DNA of 64,000 nucleotides from Euprymna scolopes (taxonomy: Eukaryota): NCBI GenBank assembly GCA_053919585.1, contig CM132802.1; one strand, 5' to 3'. The translations under genes were made by a program, and so were the position numbers. The notes beneath the pieces were generated by a model. That model was not told where the DNA came from. It ran no database searches and saw only the letters and a list, made by a program, of their open reading frames with translations. Within the stretch, counting starts at the first letter, position 1; every line of letters starts with the position of its first letter. Positions 13,601 to 26,330 of this stretch are shown here, piece after piece.

Positions 13601-16600
13601 AGTTGAAAGTTAAAAATTTGATTAAGTTCATCAGCAACCTACAGTTGAAAGTTAAAAATTTGATTAAGTTCATCAGCAACCTACAGTTGAAAGTTAAAAA
13701 TTTGATTAAGTTCATCAGCAACCTACATTTGAAAGTTAAAAATTTGATTAAGTTCATCAGCAACCTACAGTTGAAAGTTAAAAATTTGATTAAGTTCATC
13801 AGCAACCTACATTTGAAAGTTAAAAATTTGATTAAGTTCATCAGCAACCTACAGTTGAAAGTTAAAAATTTGATTAAGTTCATCAGCAACCTACATTTGA
13901 AAGTTAAAAATTTGATTAAGTTCATTAACAACCTACAGTTGAAAGTTAAAAATTTGATTAAGTTCATCAGCAACCTACAGTTGAAAGTTAAAAATTTGAT
14001 TAAGTTCATTAGCAACCTCAAGTTGAAAGTTAAAAATTTGATTAAGTTCATCAGCAACCTCAAGTTGAAAGTTAAAAATTTGATTAAGTTCATTAGCAAC
14101 CTCAAGTTGAAAGTTAAAAATTTGATTAAGTTCATCAGCAACCTACATTTGAAAGTTAAAAATTTGATTAAGTTCATTAGCAACCTACATTTGAAAGTTA
14201 AAAATTTGATTAAGTTCATTAACAACCTACAGTTGAAAGTTAAAAATTTGATTAAGTTCATCAGCAACCTACAGTTGAAAGTTAAAAATTTGATTAAGTT
14301 CATCAGCAACCTACATTTGAAAGTTAAAAATTTGATTAAGTTCATCAGCAACCTACAGTTGAAAGTTAAAAATTTGATTAAGTTCATTAGCAACCTCAAG
14401 TTGAAAGTTAAAAATTTGATTAAGTTCATCAGCAACCTCAAGTTGAAAGTTAAAAATTTGATTAAGTTCATTAGCAACCTCAAGTTGAAAGTTAAAAATT
14501 TGATTAAGTTCATCAGCAACCTACATTTGAAAGTTAAAAATTTGATTAAGTTCATTAGCAACCTACATTTGAAAGTTAAAAATTTGATTAAGTTCATTAA
14601 CAACCTACAGTTGAAAGTTAAAAATTTGATTAAGTTCATCAGCAACCTACAGTTGAAAGTTAAAAATTTGATTAAGTTCATCAGCAACCTACATTTGAAA
14701 GTTAAAAATTTGATTAAGTTCATCAGCAACCTACAGTTGAAAGTTAAAAATTTGATTAAGTTCATCAGCAACCTACAGTTGAAAGTTAAAAATTTGATTA
14801 AGTTCATCAGCAACCTACAGTTGAAAGTTAAAAATTTGATTAAGTTCATCAGCAACCTACATTTGAAAGTTAAAAATTTGATTAAGTTCATCAGCAACCT
14901 ACAGTTGAAAGTTAAAAATTTGATTAAGTTCATCAGCAACCTACATTTGAAAGTTAAAAATTTGATTAAGTTCATCAGCAACCTACAGTTGAAAGTTAAA
15001 AATTTGATTAAGTTCATCAGCAACCTACAGTTGAAAGTTAAAAATTTGATTAAGTTCATCAGCAACCTACAGTTGAAAGTTAAAAATTTGATTAAGTTCA
15101 TCAGCAACCTACAGTTGAAAGTTAAAAATTTGATTAAGTTCATCAGCAACCTACATTTGAAAGTTAAAAATTTGATTAAGTTCATCAGCAACCTACAGTT
15201 GAAAGTTAAAAATTTGATTAAGTTCATCAGCAACCTACAGTTGAAAGTTAAAAATTTGATTAAGTTCATCAGCAACCTACAGTTGAAAGTTAAAAATTTG
15301 ATTAAGTTCATCAGCAACCTACAGTTGAAAGTTAAAAATTTGATTAAGTTCATTAACAACCTACAGTTGAAAGTTAAAAATTTGATTAAGTTCATCAGCA
15401 ACCTACAGTTGAAAGTTAAAAATTTGATTAAGTTCATTAACAACCTACAGTTGAAAGTTAAAAATTTGATTAAGTTCATCAGCAACCTACAGTTGAAAGT
15501 TAAAAATTTGATTAAGTTCATCAGCAACCTACAGTTGAAAGTTAAAAATTTGATTAAGTTCATTAACAACCTACAGTTGAAAGTTAAAAATTTGATTAAG
15601 TTCATCAGCAACCTACATTTGAAAGTTAAAAATTTGATTAAGTTCATCAGCAACCTACAGTTGAAAGTTAAAAATTTGATTAAGTTCCTCCACAACCTAC
15701 AGTTGAAAGTTAAAAATTTGATTAAGTTCATCAGCAACCTACATTTGAAAGTTAAAAATTTGATTAAGTTCATTAACAACCTACAGTTGAAAGTTAAAAA
15801 TTTGATTAAGTTCATCAGCAACCTACAGTTGAAAGTTAAAAATTTGATTAAGTTCATCAGCAACCTACATTTGAAAGTTAAAAATTTGATTAAGTTCATC
15901 AGCAACCTACAGTTGAAAGTTAAAAATTTGATTAAGTTCATTAGCAACCTCAAGTTGAAAGTTAAAAATTTGATTAAGTTCATCAGCAACCTCAAGTTGA
16001 AAGTTAAAAATTTGATTAAGTTCATTAGCAACCTCAAGTTGAAAGTTAAAAATTTGATTAAGTTCATCAGCAACCTACATTTGAAAGTTAAAAATTTGAT
16101 TAAGTTCATTAGCAACCTACATTTGAAAGTTAAAAATTTGATTAAGTTCATTAACAACCTACAGTTGAAAGTTAAAAATTTGATTAAGTTCATCAGCAAC
16201 CTACAGTTGAAAGTTAAAAATTTGATTAAGTTCATCAGCAACCTACATTTGAAAGTTAAAAATTTGATTAAGTTCATCAGCAACCTACAGTTGAAAGTTA
16301 AAAATTTGATTAAGTTCATCAGCAACCTACAGTTGAAAGTTAAAAATTTGATTAAGTTCATCAGCAACCTACAGTTGAAAGTTAAAAATTTGATTAAGTT
16401 CATCAGCAACCTACATTTGAAAGTTAAAAATTTGATTAAGTTCATCAGCAACCTACAGTTGAAAGTTAAAAATTTGATTAAGTTCATCAGCAACCTACAT
16501 TTGAAAGTTAAAAATTTGATTAAGTTCATCAGCAACCTACAGTTGAAAGTTAAAAATTTGATTAAGTTCATCAGCAACCTACAGTTGAAAGTTAAAAATT

Positions 16601-19600
16601 TGATTAAGTTCATCAGCAACCTACAGTTGAAAGTTAAAAATTTGATTAAGTTCATCAGCAACCTACAGTTGAAAGTTAAAAATTTGATTAAGTTCATCAG
16701 CAACCTACATTTGAAAGTTAAAAATTTGATTAAGTTCATCAGCAACCTACAGTTGAAAGTTAAAAATTTGATTAAGTTCATCAGCAACCTACAGTTGAAA
16801 GTTAAAAATTTGATTAAGTTCATCAGCAACCTACAGTTGAAAGTTAAAAATTTGATTAAGTTCATTAACAACCTACAGTTGAAAGTTAAAAATTTGATTA
16901 AGTTCATTAACAACCTACAGTTGAAAGTTAAAAATTTGATTAAGTTCATCAGCAACCTACATTTGAAAGTTAAAAATTTGATTAAGTTCATCAGCAACCT
17001 ACAGTTGAAAGTTAAAAATTTGATTAAGTTCATTAGCAACCTCAAGTTGAAAGTTAAAAATTTGATTAAGTTCATCAGCAACCTACAGTTGAAAGTTAAA
17101 AATTTGATTAAGTTCATTAACAACCTCAAGTTGAAAGTTAAAAATTTGTATTAAGTTCATCAGCAACCTACAGTTGAAAGTTAAAAATTTGATTAAGTTC
17201 ATTAGCAACCTACAGTTGAAAGTTAAAAATTTGATTAAGTTCATCAGCAACCTACAGTTGAAAGTTAAAAATTTGATTAAGTTCATCAGCAACCTACAGT
17301 TGAAAGTTAAAAATTTGATTAAGTTCATTAACAACCTACAGTTGAAAGTTAAAAATTTGATTAAGTTCATCAGCAACCTACAGTTGAAAGTTAAAAATTT
17401 GATTAAGTTCATTAACAACCTACAGTTGAAAGTTAAAAATTTGATTAAGTTCATCAGCAACCTACAGTTGAAAGTTAAAAATTTGATTAAGTTCATCAGC
17501 AACCTACAGTTGAAAGTTAAAAATTTGATTAAGTTCATTAACAACCTACAGTTGAAAGTTAAAAATTTGATTAAGTTCATCAGCAACCTACATTTGAAAG
17601 TTAAAAATTTGATTAAGTTCATTAGCAACCTACAGTTGAAAGTTAAAAATTTGATTAAGTTCATTAGCAACCTACAGTTGAAAGTTAAAAATTTGATTAA
17701 GTTCATCAGCAACCTACAGTTGAAAGTTAAAAATTTGATTAAGTTCATCAGCAACCTACATTTGAAAGTTAAAAATTTGATTAAGTTCATTAGCAACCTA
17801 CAGTTGAAAGTTAAAAATTTGATTAAGTTCATTAGCAACCTACAGTTGAAAGTTAAAAATTTGATTAAGTTCATCAGCAACCTACAGTTGAAAGTTAAAA
17901 ATTTGATTAAGTTCATCAGCAACCTACAGTTGAAAGTTAAAAATTTGATTAAGTTCATCAGCAACCTACAGTTGAAAGTTAAAAATTTGATTAAGTTCAT
18001 TAGCAACCTACATTTGAAAGTTAAAAATTTGATTAAGTTCATTAACAACCTACAGTTGAAAGTTAAAAATTTGATTAAGTTCATCAGCAACCTACATTTG
18101 AAAGTTAAAAATTTGATTAAGTTCATCAGCAACCTACAGTTGAAAGTTAAAAATTTGATTAAGTTCCTCCACAACCTACAGTTGAAAGTTAAAAATTTGA
18201 TTAAGTTCATCAGCAACCTACATTTGAAAGTTAAAAATTTGATTAAGTTCATCAGCAACCTACAGTTGAAAGTTAAAAATTTGATTAAGTTCATCAGCAA
18301 CCTACATTTGAAAGTTAAAAATTTGATTAAGTTCATCAGCAACCTACAGTTGAAAGTTAAAAATTTGATTAAGTTCATCAGCAACCTACAGTTGAAAGTT
18401 AAAAATTTGATTAAGTTCATCAGCAACCTACATTTGAAAGTTAAAAATTTGATTAAGTTCATCAGCAACCTACAGTTGAAAGTTAAAAATTTGATTAAGT
18501 TCATCAGCAACCTACATTTGAAAGTTAAAAATTTGATTAAGTTCATCAGCAACCTACAGTTGAAAGTTAAAAATTTGATTAAGTTCATCAGCAACCTACA
18601 GTTGAAAGTTAAAAATTTGATTAAGTTCATCAGCAACCTACATTTGAAAGTTAAAAATTTGATTAAGTTCATCAGCAACCTACAGTTGAAAGTTAAAAAT
18701 TTGATTAAGTTCATTAGCAACCTCAAGTTGAAAGTTAAAAATTTGATTAAGTTCATTAACAACCTACAGTTGAAAGTTAAAAATTTGATTAAGTTCATTA
18801 ACAACCTACATTTGAAAGTTAAAAATTTGATTAAGTTCATCAGCAACCTACAGTTGAAAGTTAAAAATTTGATTAAGTTCATTAGCAACCTCAAGTTGAA
18901 AGTTAAAAATTTGATTAAGTTCATTAACAACCTACAGTTGAAAGTTAAAAATTTGATTAAGTTCATCAGCAACCTACATTTGAAAGTTAAAAATTTGATT
19001 AAGTTCATTAACAACCTACAGTTGAAAGTTAAAAATTTGATTAAGTTCATCAGCAACCTACAGTTGAAAGTTAAAAATTTGATTAAGTTCATCAGCAACC
19101 TACAGTTGAAAGTTAAAAATTTGATTAAGTTCATCAGCAACCTACATTTGAAAGTTAAAAATTTGATTAAGTTCATTAACAACCTACAGTTGAAAGTTAA
19201 AAATTTGATTAAGTTCATCAGCAACCTACAGTTGAAAGTTAAAAATTTGATTAAGTTCATCAGCAACCTACATTTGAAAGTTAAAAATTTGATTAAGTTC
19301 ATTAACAACCTACAGTTGAAAGTTAAAAATTTGATTAAGTTCATCAGCAACCTACATTTGAAAGTTAAAAATTTGATTAAGTTCATTAACAACCTACAGT
19401 TGAAAGTTAAAAATTTGATTAAGTTCATCAGCAACCTACAGTTGAAAGTTAAAAATTTGATTAAGTTCATCAGCAACCTACATTTGAAAGTTAAAAATTT
19501 GATTAAGTTCATCAGCAACCTACAGTTGAAAGTTAAAAATTTGATTAAGTTCATCAGCAACCTACAGTTGAAAGTTAAAAATTTGATTAAGTTCATCAGC

Positions 19601-22600
19601 AACCTACAGTTGAAAGTTAAAAATTTGATTAAGTTCATCAGCAACCTACATTTGAAAGTTAAAAATTTGATTAAGTTCATTAACAACCTACAGTTGAAAG
19701 TTAAAAATTTGATTAAGTTCATCAGCAACCTACAGTTGAAAGTTAAAAATTTGATTAAGTTCATTAGCAACCTCAAGTTGAAAGTTAAAAATTTGATTAA
19801 GTTCATCAGCAACCTCAAGTTGAAAGTTAAAAATTTGATTAAGTTCATTAGCAACCTCAAGTTGAAAGTTAAAAATTTGATTAAGTTCATCAGCAACCTA
19901 CATTTGAAAGTTAAAAATTTGATTAAGTTCATTAGCAACCTACATTTGAAAGTTAAAAATTTGATTAAGTTCATTAACAACCTACAGTTGAAAGTTAAAA
20001 ATTTGATTAAGTTCATCAGCAACCTACAGTTGAAAGTTAAAAATTTGATTAAGTTCATCAGCAACCTACATTTGAAAGTTAAAAATTTGATTAAGTTCAT
20101 CAGCAACCTACAGTTGAAAGTTAAAAATTTGATTAAGTTCATTAGCAACCTCAAGTTGAAAGTTAAAAATTTGATTAAGTTCATCAGCAACCTCAAGTTG
20201 AAAGTTAAAAATTTGATTAAGTTCATTAGCAACCTCAAGTTGAAAGTTAAAAATTTGATTAAGTTCATCAGCAACCTACATTTGAAAGTTAAAAATTTGA
20301 TTAAGTTCATTAGCAACCTACATTTGAAAGTTAAAAATTTGATTAAGTTCATTAACAACCTACAGTTGAAAGTTAAAAATTTGATTAAGTTCATCAGCAA
20401 CCTACAGTTGAAAGTTAAAAATTTGATTAAGTTCATCAGCAACCTACATTTGAAAGTTAAAAATTTGATTAAGTTCATCAGCAACCTACAGTTGAAAGTT
20501 AAAAATTTGATTAAGTTCATCAGCAACCTACAGTTGAAAGTTAAAAATTTGATTAAGTTCATCAGCAACCTACAGTTGAAAGTTAAAAATTTGATTAAGT
20601 TCATCAGCAACCTACATTTGAAAGTTAAAAATTTGATTAAGTTCATCAGCAACCTACAGTTGAAAGTTAAAAATTTGATTAAGTTCATCAGCAACCTACA
20701 TTTGAAAGTTAAAAATTTGATTAAGTTCATCAGCAACCTACAGTTGAAAGTTAAAAATTTGATTAAGTTCATCAGCAACCTACATTTGAAAGTTAAAAAT
20801 TTGATTAAGTTCATTAACAACCTACAGTTGAAAGTTAAAAATTTGATTAAGTTCATCAGCAACCTACAGTTGAAAGTTAAAAATTTGATTAAGTTCATTA
20901 GCAACCTCAAGTTGAAAGTTAAAAATTTGATTAAGTTCATCAGCAACCTCAAGTTGAAAGTTAAAAATTTGATTAAGTTCATTAGCAACCTCAAGTTGAA
21001 AGTTAAAAATTTGATTAAGTTCATCAGCAACCTACATTTGAAAGTTAAAAATTTGATTAAGTTCATTAGCAACCTACATTTGAAAGTTAAAAATTTGATT
21101 AAGTTCATTAACAACCTACAGTTGAAAGTTAAAAATTTGATTAAGTTCATCAGCAACCTACAGTTGAAAGTTAAAAATTTGATTAAGTTCATCAGCAACC
21201 TACATTTGAAAGTTAAAAATTTGATTAAGTTCATCAGCAACCTACAGTTGAAAGTTAAAAATTTGATTAAGTTCATTAGCAACCTCAAGTTGAAAGTTAA
21301 AAATTTGATTAAGTTCATCAGCAACCTCAAGTTGAAAGTTAAAAATTTGATTAAGTTCATTAGCAACCTCAAGTTGAAAGTTAAAAATTTGATTAAGTTC
21401 ATCAGCAACCTACATTTGAAAGTTAAAAATTTGATTAAGTTCATTAGCAACCTACATTTGAAAGTTAAAAATTTGATTAAGTTCATTAACAACCTACAGT
21501 TGAAAGTTAAAAATTTGATTAAGTTCATCAGCAACCTACAGTTGAAAGTTAAAAATTTGATTAAGTTCATCAGCAACCTACATTTGAAAGTTAAAAATTT
21601 GATTAAGTTCATCAGCAACCTACAGTTGAAAGTTAAAAATTTGATTAAGTTCATCAGCAACCTACAGTTGAAAGTTAAAAATTTGATTAAGTTCATCAGC
21701 AACCTACAGTTGAAAGTTAAAAATTTGATTAAGTTCATCAGCAACCTACATTTGAAAGTTAAAAATTTGATTAAGTTCATCAGCAACCTACAGTTGAAAG
21801 TTAAAAATTTGATTAAGTTCATCAGCAACCTACATTTGAAAGTTAAAAATTTGATTAAGTTCATCAGCAACCTACAGTTGAAAGTTAAAAATTTGATTAA
21901 GTTCATCAGCAACCTACAGTTGAAAGTTAAAAATTTGATTAAGTTCATCAGCAACCTACAGTTGAAAGTTAAAAATTTGATTAAGTTCATCAGCAACCTA
22001 CAGTTGAAAGTTAAAAATTTGATTAAGTTCATCAGCAACCTACATTTGAAAGTTAAAAATTTGATTAAGTTCATCAGCAACCTACAGTTGAAAGTTAAAA
22101 ATTTGATTAAGTTCATCAGCAACCTACAGTTGAAAGTTAAAAATTTGATTAAGTTCATCAGCAACCTACAGTTGAAAGTTAAAAATTTGATTAAGTTCAT
22201 TAACAACCTACAGTTGAAAGTTAAAAATTTGATTAAGTTCATTAACAACCTACAGTTGAAAGTTAAAAATTTGATTAAGTTCATCAGCAACCTACATTTG
22301 AAAGTTAAAAATTTGATTAAGTTCATCAGCAACCTACAGTTGAAAGTTAAAAATTTGATTAAGTTCATTAGCAACCTCAAGTTGAAAGTTAAAAATTTGA
22401 TTAAGTTCATCAGCAACCTACAGTTGAAAGTTAAAAATTTGATTAAGTTCATTAACAACCTCAAGTTGAAAGTTAAAAATTTGATTAAGTTCATCAGCAA
22501 CCTACAGTTGAAAGTTAAAAATTTGATTAAGTTCATTAGCAACCTACAGTTGAAAGTTAAAAATTTGATTAAGTTCATCAGCAACCTACAGTTGAAAGTT

Positions 22601-25600
22601 AAAAATTTGATTAAGTTCATCAGCAACCTACAGTTGAAAGTTAAAAATTTGATTAAGTTCATTAACAACCTACAGTTGAAAGTTAAAAATTTGATTAAGT
22701 TCATCAGCAACCTACAGTTGAAAGTTAAAAATTTGATTAAGTTCATTAACAACCTACAGTTGAAAGTTAAAAATTTGATTAAGTTCATCAGCAACCTACA
22801 GTTGAAAGTTAAAAATTTGATTAAGTTCATCAGCAACCTACAGTTGAAAGTTAAAAATTTGATTAAGTTCATTAACAACCTACAGTTGAAAGTTAAAAAT
22901 TTGATTAAGTTCATCAGCAACCTACATTTGAAAGTTAAAAATTTGATTAAGTTCATTAGCAACCTACAGTTGAAAGTTAAAAATTTGATTAAGTTCATTA
23001 GCAACCTACAGTTGAAAGTTAAAAATTTGATTAAGTTCATCAGCAACCTACAGTTGAAAGTTAAAAATTTGATTAAGTTCATCAGCAACCTACATTTGAA
23101 AGTTAAAAATTTGATTAAGTTCATTAGCAACCTACAGTTGAAAGTTAAAAATTTGATTAAGTTCATTAGCAACCTACAGTTGAAAGTTAAAAATTTGATT
23201 AAGTTCATCAGCAACCTACAGTTGAAAGTTAAAAATTTGATTAAGTTCATCAGCAACCTACAGTTGAAAGTTAAAAATTTGATTAAGTTCATCAGCAACC
23301 TACAGTTGAAAGTTAAAAATTTGATTAAGTTCATCAGCAACCTACAGTTGAAAGTTAAAAATTTGATTAAGTTCATTAGCAACCTACAGTTGAAAGTTAA
23401 AAATTTGATTAAGTTCATCAGCAACCTACAGTTGAAAGTTAAAAATTTGATTAAGTTCATCAGCAACCTACAGTTGAAAGTTAAAAATTTGATTAAGTTC
23501 ATCAGCAACCTACAGTTGAAAGTTAAAAATTTGATTAAGTTCATCAGCAACCTACAGTTGAAAGTTAAAAATTTGATTAAGTTCATTAACAACCTACAGT
23601 TGAAAGTTAAAAATTTGATTAAGTTCATCAGCAACCTACATTTGAAAGTTAAAAATTTGATTAAGTTCATTAGCAACCTACAGTTGAAAGTTAAAAATTT
23701 GATTAAGTTCATTAGCAACCTACAGTTGAAAGTTAAAAATTTGATTAAGTTCATCAGCAACCTACAGTTGAAAGTTAAAAATTTGATTAAGTTCATCAGC
23801 AACCTACATTTGAAAGTTAAAAATTTGATTAAGTTCATTAGCAACCTACAGTTGAAAGTTAAAAATTTGATTAAGTTCATTAGCAACCTACAGTTGAAAG
23901 TTAAAAATTTGATTAAGTTCATCAGCAACCTACAGTTGAAAGTTAAAAATTTGATTAAGTTCATCAGCAACCTACAGTTGAAAGTTAAAAATTTGATTAA
24001 GTTCATCAGCAACCTACAGTTGAAAGTTAAAAATTTGATTAAGTTCATTAACAACCTACAGTTGAAAGTTAAAAATTTGATTAAGTTCATCAGCAACCTA
24101 CATTTGAAAGTTAAAAATTTGATTAAGTTCATTAGCAACCTACAGTTGAAAGTTAAAAATTTGATTAAGTTCATTAGCAACCTACAGTTGAAAGTTAAAA
24201 ATTTGATTAAGTTCATTAACAACCTACAGTTGAAAGTTAAAAATTTGATTAAGTTCATTAACAACCTACAGTTGAAAGTTAAAAATTTGATTAAGTTCAT
24301 CAGCAACCTACAGTTGAAAGTTAAAAATTTGATTAAGTTCATCAGCAACCTACAGTTGAAAGTTAAAAATTTGATTAAGTTCATTAACAACCTACAGTTG
24401 AAAGTTAAAAATTTGATTAAGTTCATCAGCAACCTACATTTGAAAGTTAAAAATTTGATTAAGTTCATCAGCAACCTACAGTTGAAAGTTAAAAATTTGA
24501 TAAAGTTCATTAACAACCTACAGTTGAAAGTTAAAAATTTGATTAAGTTCATCAGCAACCTACAGTTGAAAGTTAAAAATTTGATTAAGTTCATCAGCAA
24601 CCTACAGTTGAAAGTTAAAAATTTGATTAAGTTCATTAACAACCTACATTTGAAAGTTAAAAATTTGATTAAGTTCATCAGCAACCTACAGTTGAAAGTT
24701 AAAAATTTGATTAAGTTCATTAACAACCTACAGTTGAAAGTTAAAAATTTGATTAAGTTCATCAGCAACCTACATTTGAAAGTTAAAAATTTGATTAAGT
24801 TCATTAACAACCTACAGTTGAAAGTTAAAAATTTGATTAAGTTCATTAGCAACCTACATTTGAAAGTTAAAAATTTGATTAAGTTCATTAACAACCTACA
24901 GTTGAAAGTTAAAAATTTGATTAAGTTCATTAGCAACCTACAGTTGAAAGTTAAAAATTTGATTAAGTTCATCAGCAACCTACAGTTGAAAGTTAAAAAT
25001 TTGATTAAGTTCATTAACAACCTACATTTGAAAGTTAAAAATTTGATTAAGTTCATTAACAACCTACAGTTGAAAGTTAAAAATTTGATTAAGTTCATTA
25101 GCAACCTACATTTGAAAGTTAAAAATTTGATTAAGTTCATTAACAACCTACAGTTGAAAGTTAAAAATTTGATTAAGTTCATTAGCAACCTACAGTTGAA
25201 AGTTAAAAATTTGATTAAGTTCATCAGCAACCTACAGTTGAAAGTTAAAAATTTGATTAAGTTCATTAACAACCTACAGTTGAAAGTTAAAAATTTGATT
25301 AAGTTCATTAGCAACCTACATTTGAAAGTTAAAAATTTGATTAAGTTCATTAACAACCTACAGTTGAAAGTTAAAAATTTGATTAAGTTCATTAACAACC
25401 TACATTTGAAAGTTAAAAATTTGATTAAGTTCATCAGCAACCTACAGTTGAAAGTTAAAAATTTGATTAAGTTCATTAACAACCTACAGTTGAAAGTTAA
25501 AAATTTGATTAAGTTCATTAACAACCTACAGTTGAAAGTTAAAAATTTGATTAAGTTCATCAGCAACCTACAGTTGAAAGTTAAAAATTTGATTAAGTTC

Positions 25601-26330
25601 ATTAACAACCTACAGTTGAAAGTTAAAAATTTGATTAAGTTCATTAGCAACCTACATTTGAAAGTTAAAAATTTGATTAAGTTCATTAACAACCTACAGT
25701 TGAAAGTTAAAAATTTGATTAAGTTCATTAACAACCTACAGTTGAAAGTTAAAAATTTGATTGAGTTCATTAACAACCTACAGTTGAAAGTTAAAAATTT
25801 GATTAAGTTCATTAGCAACCTACATTTGAAAGTTAAAAATTTGATTAAGTTCATCAGCAACCTACATTTGAAAGTTAAAAATTTGATTGAGTTCATTAAC
25901 AACCTACAGTTGAAAGTTAAAAATTTGATTAAGTTCATTAGCAACCTACATTTGAAAGTTAAAAATTTGATTAAGTTCATCAGCAACCTACATTTGAAAG
26001 TTAAAAATTTGATTAAGTTCATTAACAACCTACAGTTGAAAGTTAAAAATTTGATTGAGTTCATTAACAACCTACAGTTGAAAGTTAAAAATTTGATTAA
26101 GTTCATTAACAACCTACAGTTGAAAGTTAAAAATTTGATTAAGTTCATTAACAACCTACATTTGAAAGTTAAAAATTTGATTAAGTTCATTAGCAACCTA
26201 CATTTGAAAGTTAAAAATTTGATTAAGTTCATTAGCAACCTACATTTGAAAGTTAAAAATTTGATTAAGTTCATCAGCAACCTACAGTTGAAAGTTAAAA
26301 ATTTGATTAAGTTCATTAACAACCTACAGT
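7621..26330. repeat. Satellite domain B: highly homogeneous, almost indel-free block with nested 9-mer, 27-mer and about 164-mer duplications
   Basis: There is only one internal indel (17149) in about 18.7 kb. Variation is largely limited to caT/caG, cag/tag/taa and ctCAag. Triplets of ctcaag monomers start at 12883, 13261, 14017, 14395 and 15949, then at 19772, 20150, 20906 and 21284. Confidence 0.85.

Noticed and set aside
7639-17154. Leucine-rich-repeat or coiled-coil repeat protein reading of ISNLQLKVKNLI
   Set aside because: The spacing does not fit the LxxLxLxxNxL consensus, the 14-aa unit is too short for an LRR, and the Leu/Ile/Lys/Asn richness is expected from AT-rich DNA.
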